Source of the DNA: Nemertoderma westbladi
Taxonomy: Eukaryota > Animalia > Xenacoelomorpha
Direction: 5' to 3'
Assembly (NCBI GenBank): GCA_032718475.1
Contig: JAUCBJ010003370.1
Location: 1-46,479 of the forward strand
Length of the DNA: 46,479 bases
Shown here: one piece after another, positions 41,163 to 46,479 of the stretch
Layout of the letters: each line of letters opens with the position of its first letter
Numbering within the stretch: position 1 is the stretch's first letter
Translations under genes and position numbers: made by a program
Notes under the pieces: generated by a model
What the model was told of the DNA's origin: nothing
The model's database searches: none
What the model saw: the letters and a program-made list of their open reading frames with translations, nothing else

Positions 41163-41307
41163 AATATATGTTATACAGTAGTACATTATGATAATGCTCT
41201 CCATAGCGAAAAATATCAACCGCCCCTATTGGGGCTCGAACCCTTGATATTTTTAGCTATGGAGAGCGACTATCATAATGTACAATAGTAATAGTATAAC
41301 ATATATT
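41163..41307. mobile_element. MITE-like foldback element, about 145 bp
   Basis: Inner arms 41181-41219 and 41244-41283 are near-perfect reverse complements (about 40 bp, few differences). Outer arms are AATATATGTTATAC/GTATAACATATATT. The loop contains GCCCC-TATT-GGGGC. No clear target-site duplication (TSD). Confidence 0.6.
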
Positions 41308-42007
41308 CCTAGTAATTTGACAGCGTCACTTCTTTTATTTTCATCACCAAAAATGGAGAATGAAATTCATTCACATGATAAACCGCGCGGAAATAACCAA
41401 AAAGAAATGACGTTAAATGAATCTCTGTTTGTTAAATAAATAATTTATATTTTCTCATCCCGTCGTTGATTATATCAGTACGCCTATCCCGAAATAATTG
41501 ACGATCTGGCCTTTATTGTTTATTTTCGCTCATTATCGGCCTTCACAAGTTTGTTCAGGTTATTCAGCGCTCACATCTCAGCTCATGTGAATTCAAAAAC
41601 AACAATAAATTGTTATCGCGTCTTTTGACTCAGATGGTTCGACAGCACTAAATCGAGTATAACTGAATATACCAGTGTAATAGCAAACACTAACCGAGCC
41701 GAGCTAATAAAATGTAATTGTTTTTATTGCTGCCTTTGAATACATAATTAATGCAATTGGAATCACTCAGAGTTCCACTTATCATGATTTACAATATCCG
41801 CTTCCTTGTCTGTTATTCTGGTTCAATCACAAATAATATTAACTTATTACCCATATTACCAATTTAGAGAAAGGAGAAGGTTTCAGCGGCACGTAATTTT
41901 AACCAAATCAATAGCGCAGGCTAAAAAAAGAAAGTCAATAGAACAGGACAGTTAAATTTTTGGGAGTAATCAGCTGTTATTTCAGTGAATTTTCCCTCGT
42001 TGCGGTG

Positions 42008-42055
42008 GGCGTTGGCGTTGGCGTTGGCGTTGGCGTTGGCGTTGGCGTTGACGTT
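42008..42055. repeat. (GGCGTT)7 plus GACGTT microsatellite
   Basis: Seven perfect hexamers and one variant, bracketed by direct repeats CCCTCGTTGC at 41994 and 42071. Confidence 0.95.
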
Positions 42056-42672
42056 TCCATCCCATTGATACCCTCGTTGCAGTGAGTGCATTCCAGAACA
42101 ATTTAACTCACTATTATTCCAATGGGGAGAGACCCGGTTCCAAGTTGTGCAATAATTTAAAAATAATAAAGTTTTGAATATTTTAATTGAAAATTAAATC
42201 GATCAAATACCATTAAATCAATATTAATCTTAAATTAATGGTTGAATCTTAATAATATAAAAAAAATAATCTACAAATGAAATGGTTTTACTTTATTCAA
42301 TGTCCAGCCAGATAAATTCAGATATACATTTTCACCATCGTCTTCAACGATGTGACTAAAACGAAAATTGTGAGTCATAAGATGTGAGTTCCTATAATTT
42401 ATTACAGAAATATAGAGAAGCAATGGTTGCACTGTAAACAGTTCCTGAAGGAAGACGAATTCTTGGAGGGCAATTGTACAGCATCCCAAATGATAACAGC
42501 TGAGCGACAGTCGGATTATAGGTGTAAACACTACGGGATCAAACAACCGCAACGGATAAGAGTTATAAACATTAAGGGGAAGGAGCAGGTTACAGCAGTT
42601 ACTATTCCAACTAAAACCAATAAAATAAAGCCAAAAGAACAGGTTACAGTTGTATTTTTGGTCATAATAGCG

Positions 42673-42721
42673 GTTGTTGGCTGTCGACTGCCGGATGTCG
42701 GTTGTCGGGTGTCGGCTCCCG
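42673..42721. repeat. Degenerate 7-bp tandem repeat (GNTGTCG) x7
   Basis: GTTGTTG GCTGTCG ACTGCCG GATGTCG GTTGTCG GGTGTCG GCTCCCG. Confidence 0.7.
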
Positions 42722-42804
42722 GCACACCACTTACACCTTCTGATTATCGATGTCAATCATATTACAGAAAATCACTAAACAATAAACATGTCGATCGACT
42801 CGGA

Positions 42805-43191
42805 CAGAGGAAACTTCGTCTTTACTTCGCCAGCAGTGCCCACTGAATCTTAATCTGCGTTCACGGAGGGTGGTTGATAAAGGTGGTATTGAACCATAAA
42901 GCTCGGCGTTTGCCATGTGTTGTCTCCAGCTGATGTTTAGGGCTGCCCTTAGTAGTCTTGTGTAGCAACCATCAATTCGTTGTTCAAGTGATTTGGTCAG
43001 TGTCCAGGTCTCACCCCCATATAAAAATACACTTTCCACTGTGGCTCGAAAGAACTTAGTCTTCAGGTGCCTGGAGAGATCTGATTTCCAGATCCAAGGT
43101 ATCCATTTTTGATAGAGCTACCCAAGCCTGTGCTTTCCAAACTTTCTATCGTTTCTGCTGCTCTGTTTCCATGATACTGGAAGTCGTCAAC
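42805..43191 (-). pseudogene. RTE-clade non-LTR retrotransposon fragment (end of RT domain and C-terminal region), frameshifted and truncated at both ends
   Basis: Minus-strand translation across frameshifts: VDDFQYHG / KAQAWVALSKMDT / IWKSDLSRHLKTKFFRATVESVFLYGGETWTLTKSLEQRIDGCYTRLLRAALNISWRQHMANAELYG...RERRLRFSGHCWR. This matches the RTE hallmarks F.YLG, LYG.ETW and RL.W/F.GH..R. It accounts for ORFs 42731..43039 and 43063..43362. Confidence 0.92.
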
Positions 43192-44273
43192 GCTAACATC
43201 AAAAGTCAGGTATTGGTTGTTGATTGCAGATCTATTGATCGATCGATTGCAGATATAGGCTGCTTCTACCGTTCTACGTTCTTGTATAGTGCGATCTTCA
43301 CTCCGATGACTCACTGAAATACGGCAGATATCTGCCGGACTATAACGAATCGAAGGAACCATTTAGCATATTGACAGCATAAGTTCTTCGGATTTGGTCT
43401 CAAGCCAGCCCCACCTCGTACGTGGTAACTTGTTTCAGCACCCGTTGCAGACCAGGCCCGGGCCCCCTCCAATGGTCAAAATATTCATATACACAAAAAA
43501 GTACTTTCGGATAGCTCATAACCATGGAATATTTTATAGAAACTATATTACAATATCAACAGGAATAGTTAGTTGTCATTTTTCTGACTCATTCGAATCA
43601 CGATCAGATGCATGTGCAGTACAAAGGGGGACGTCACGGTCAGCCTCTGTTTAGAGACAACTTAATAGACATCAGAGAACGCCAAAGGTAATCAGCGCCC
43701 GGCGCCATGTATGTGTTTATCACAACGACAAGAAGGGCCCAACCGATAACATTTCGATGGATATGAACTGGTGGTCATCCTCCGGTAATCACATCTAATT
43801 GTAGGTAATTATGTTGTCGCGTCGTCTCTGCGAGAGATGGCGCCGATATTCAACGGGCCCATAAATATCATGAACATCCCATGAGACATTGTGACTAGCT
43901 AGTATTTAGGGCAACTTAATTACACCCTTACTGGCTCCAAACGGAGGGCCAGCCGGTGCCTGACAAGGTCATTAGTTAGTTTAATAAGGGGCCCACAAGA
44001 CGATAATTGCCATGGTGGATGGTTGTTAGAGACACATCTGGTGCAGAGAAGGTCTCTGAAAACGAAGAGGAAGACGAAAGTGTAATGGCAGTAAATAATC
44101 GGATGGTCCCGACGTTGGAATTAAATGAAGTCCTCTGTCTGTCTGGGAGACAGACTGACGACCAGTTAGTCCCACAAGGGATGCATTCACTCAGATATTA
44201 ACCTAACCAATCACATTTCTGGACTAATAAGTAAGTACCTTCCTATTCCTACCAAGCCAACTGACTACCTCAG

Positions 44274-44310
44274 ACAATCTCACAGAAGTTGAAATCATCA
44301 ACATGGTAAG
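44274..44310 (+). other. Candidate exon ending in the start codon (CAACATG|GTAAG)
   Basis: ATG at 44303-44305 has A at -3 and is followed directly by donor-like GTAAG. CTGAC (44261) and CAG (44271-44273) lie upstream. No downstream exon was identified. Confidence 0.2.
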
Positions 44311-45373
44311 ATGTAATTGCATTCACAACAATGTGGTTACTTTTGCATTTGCCTCTCCACAAAATAAATTATGTATTCGATTGTGGCAAATGCAATATTA
44401 TCAACCCTGAGACTATTCGTAGTTGACATGCAATATTAGTGAATTGTGGATTATAATCAATCAATATATATTATCAGTGACACAGTTGTAGCACTAATTT
44501 AATATCATACAATGTAAAGGGGAAAATAGATTCCTTGAAATATGTATGCTGGCCTTGGCTCTACAATGTAAAAAGAGTTAGCTGCACGTGTATATAGGGT
44601 CAGTGCGGTGATGTGACGTGCGCCAGTCTGTCTACAATTTGCATTAAGCAAATAAGGCATTGTTGCTTGGGAAATTAAATTCACAAGTATAGTAATACCT
44701 TCTTACATCGAACTTGTAACAGTGATATTGTAATCATTGTAATCCTTGTGTTAGTATGAAATCCATACAGATCTAAAACTAAGGCATTTCTTAAGCGCCT
44801 AAACTTTTCAATCAAATTGCTTCTTTTAAGCGACGAAATTGACATTTTGGTATCTCCCCAAGGAAATCGGAGCCCTTATATATACTGCCCTGGAATGAGA
44901 GCAGATCCCTTAATGTGAGTTGGTTGGTTGGTGGCCCTGATGGCCAGTTGAAATGTCCGTATGAAACGTCCAGAAAAGGTCTCTAATTCAGGTCAGACAC
45001 TTTGTCGCAAATAATTACAATATTATACCAATCGATATTTGGGTTGCAATCAGATCTTAATTCGTTCGCATAGTAACAGGTTTTGATTGATTACTAATGC
45101 AACATGGAAGTACGAAAGGAAGACAGTTGAAGATTAAAGAAGCAACACTTATTGCAGATGGGATCAATAATTACGAACCCCATTACCGCCATCAACTTCA
45201 GACTATGTAATGCTAGTAACTTAGTTACAGCAAAGTTATAGCACCAGACAATTACATTTTAAAGATCGCGTCTGGATATGGATTGTCGTGACTCACCAAA
45301 TAATACAAATCATTACCACAACATGTCAAACACAATGCAGTCCGGGATATTTTGACAAGTTTATAGCAAAAAA

Positions 45374-46060
45374 GTTAGTTAACGGGTGCTCGTGTTAGTT
45401 AACACGGGGGTTCGTGTTAGTTAACACGAGGGTTCGTGTTAGTTAACAAGGGGGTTCGTGTTAGTTAACAAGGGGGTTCGTGTTAGTTAACACGGGGATT
45501 CGTGTTAGTTAACAAGGGGGTTCGTGTTAGTTAACAAGGGGGTTCGTGTTAGTTAACAAGGGGGTTCGTGTTAGTTAACACGGGGGTTCGTGTTAGTTAA
45601 CACGGGGGTTCGTGTTAGTTAACAAGGGGATTCGTGTTAGTTAACACGGGGGTTCGTGTTAGTTAACAAGGGGGTTCGTGTTAGTTAACACGGGGGTTCG
45701 TGTTAGTTAACACGGGGGTTCGTGTTAGTTAACAAGGGGATTCGTGTTAGTTAACACGGGGGTTCGTGTTAGTTAACACGGGGGTTCGTGTTAGTTAACA
45801 CGGGGGTTCGTGTTAGTTAACACGGGGGTTCGTGTTAGTTAACACGGGGGTTCGTGTTAGTTAACACGGGGGTTCGTGTTAGTTAACACGGGGGTTCGTG
45901 TTAGTTAACACGGGGGTTCGTGTTAGTTAACACGGGGGTTCGTGTTAGTTAACACGGGGGTTCGTGTTAGTTAACACGGGGGTTCGTGTTAGTTAACACG
46001 GGGGTTCGTGTTAGTTAACACGGGGGTTCGTGTTAGTTAACACGGGGACTCGTGTTAACT
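45374..46060. repeat. 22-bp minisatellite CGTGTTAGTTAACACGGGGGTT, about 30 units
   Basis: Directly visible tandem repeat. Each unit has the inverted repeat CGTGTTA-GT-TAACACG and a G5 run. Variants lie mostly in the left half. Confidence 0.98.
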
Positions 46061-46380
46061 TCTGGCTTTCTGTAGGGTCGGTAGGTAGGTAATCTCACCT
46101 GCTAAGCTTTGTGTAACCAAGGCAACCCGATGTATCTTCTGTTTTTTAGTAACATGCATACTTAATGATAGAAGACCAATCAGAGACGAGAGAACTAATA
46201 GCAGACATCCACCACCATAAAGTACACAAACGGCCTTCCAGGCTGAACTGGGGATTCTGTCAAAGTTGTAACCAACGCCATAGACGGAGCAAACCTGAAC
46301 ACCATTCTAAACAATGAAACAGTTATTTATTCTAAAGCGACTTTAACCTCTCACTTACTAGGGCTCAGGCACACTAAGTA

Positions 46381-46455
46381 CGGTTGGGTGCATCCTTCGC
46401 CCGGGGGAAACTTTCGCCCGTAAGGCAATCTTCGCCCGCGAGCAACCTTCGCTCA
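46381..46455 (+). mobile_element. Probable DNA-transposon terminus with TTCGCCC subterminal repeats (Mutator/foldback-like)
   Basis: CGG start at 46381, then TTCGCCC at 46396, 46413 and 46431 and TTCGCTC at 46448 (17-18 bp spacing). The partner terminus is not in the window. Confidence 0.4.
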
Positions 46456-46479
46456 ATGAGATGTGTGTTAGTAACCATT

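Noticed and set aside
41221-41245. tRNA gene suggested by GGTTCGAGCCC on the minus strand
   Set aside because: No cloverleaf or A box; the motif lies in the loop of a foldback element.
42271-42846. Overlapping ORFs 42271..42756, 42427..42846 and 42531..42725
   Set aside because: They have no recognisable domain, overlap on both strands, and partly translate the 7-bp repeat and the antisense of the RTE fragment.
43394-44201. ORFs 43394..43654 and 44007..44201 (likewise 35778..35960)
   Set aside because: Short, with non-ATG starts for the first two and no motifs; consistent with chance ORFs.
41711-44745. Isolated partial matches to the 19-mer (near 41713 and 44727)
   Set aside because: Short matches of this kind are expected by chance in AT-rich DNA.
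44936-44980. Hammerhead-like CTGATG...GAAA
   Set aside because: The core reads CTGATGG rather than CTGATGA, and I could not build stems I-III.
36543-46455. CRISPR arrays
   Set aside because: The repeats are head-to-tail with no unique spacers, there are no cas genes, and the context is eukaryotic.

Overview
Eukaryotic, probably invertebrate animal, repeat-dominated DNA with no intact gene that I can support. Bases 1-35170 are one 19-bp satellite (TAATTGTTGT[A/G]CTT[T/C]ATTG, about 1851 units, truncated by the window start). It stays in phase throughout and carries nested higher-order duplications, the largest 6270 bp. The last 11 kb holds a TTAGG-containing 25/29-bp minisatellite (36.5-39.9 kb), a frameshifted RTE-clade LINE fragment (42.8-43.2 kb, minus strand), a 22-bp hairpin/G5 minisatellite (45.4-46.06 kb), several palindromes and MITE-like foldbacks, and two CpG-rich promoter-like patches. 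The most interesting inference is that the 25-bp array sits between a decayed CR1-like ORF2 C-terminus and a LINE-like 3' stem-loop, so it may have grown inside a retrotransposon 3' UTR. The other two arrays may also derive from transposon ends. I found no CRISPR, prokaryotic or novel protein-coding system. All family assignments come from motif recognition by eye, not from database searches.
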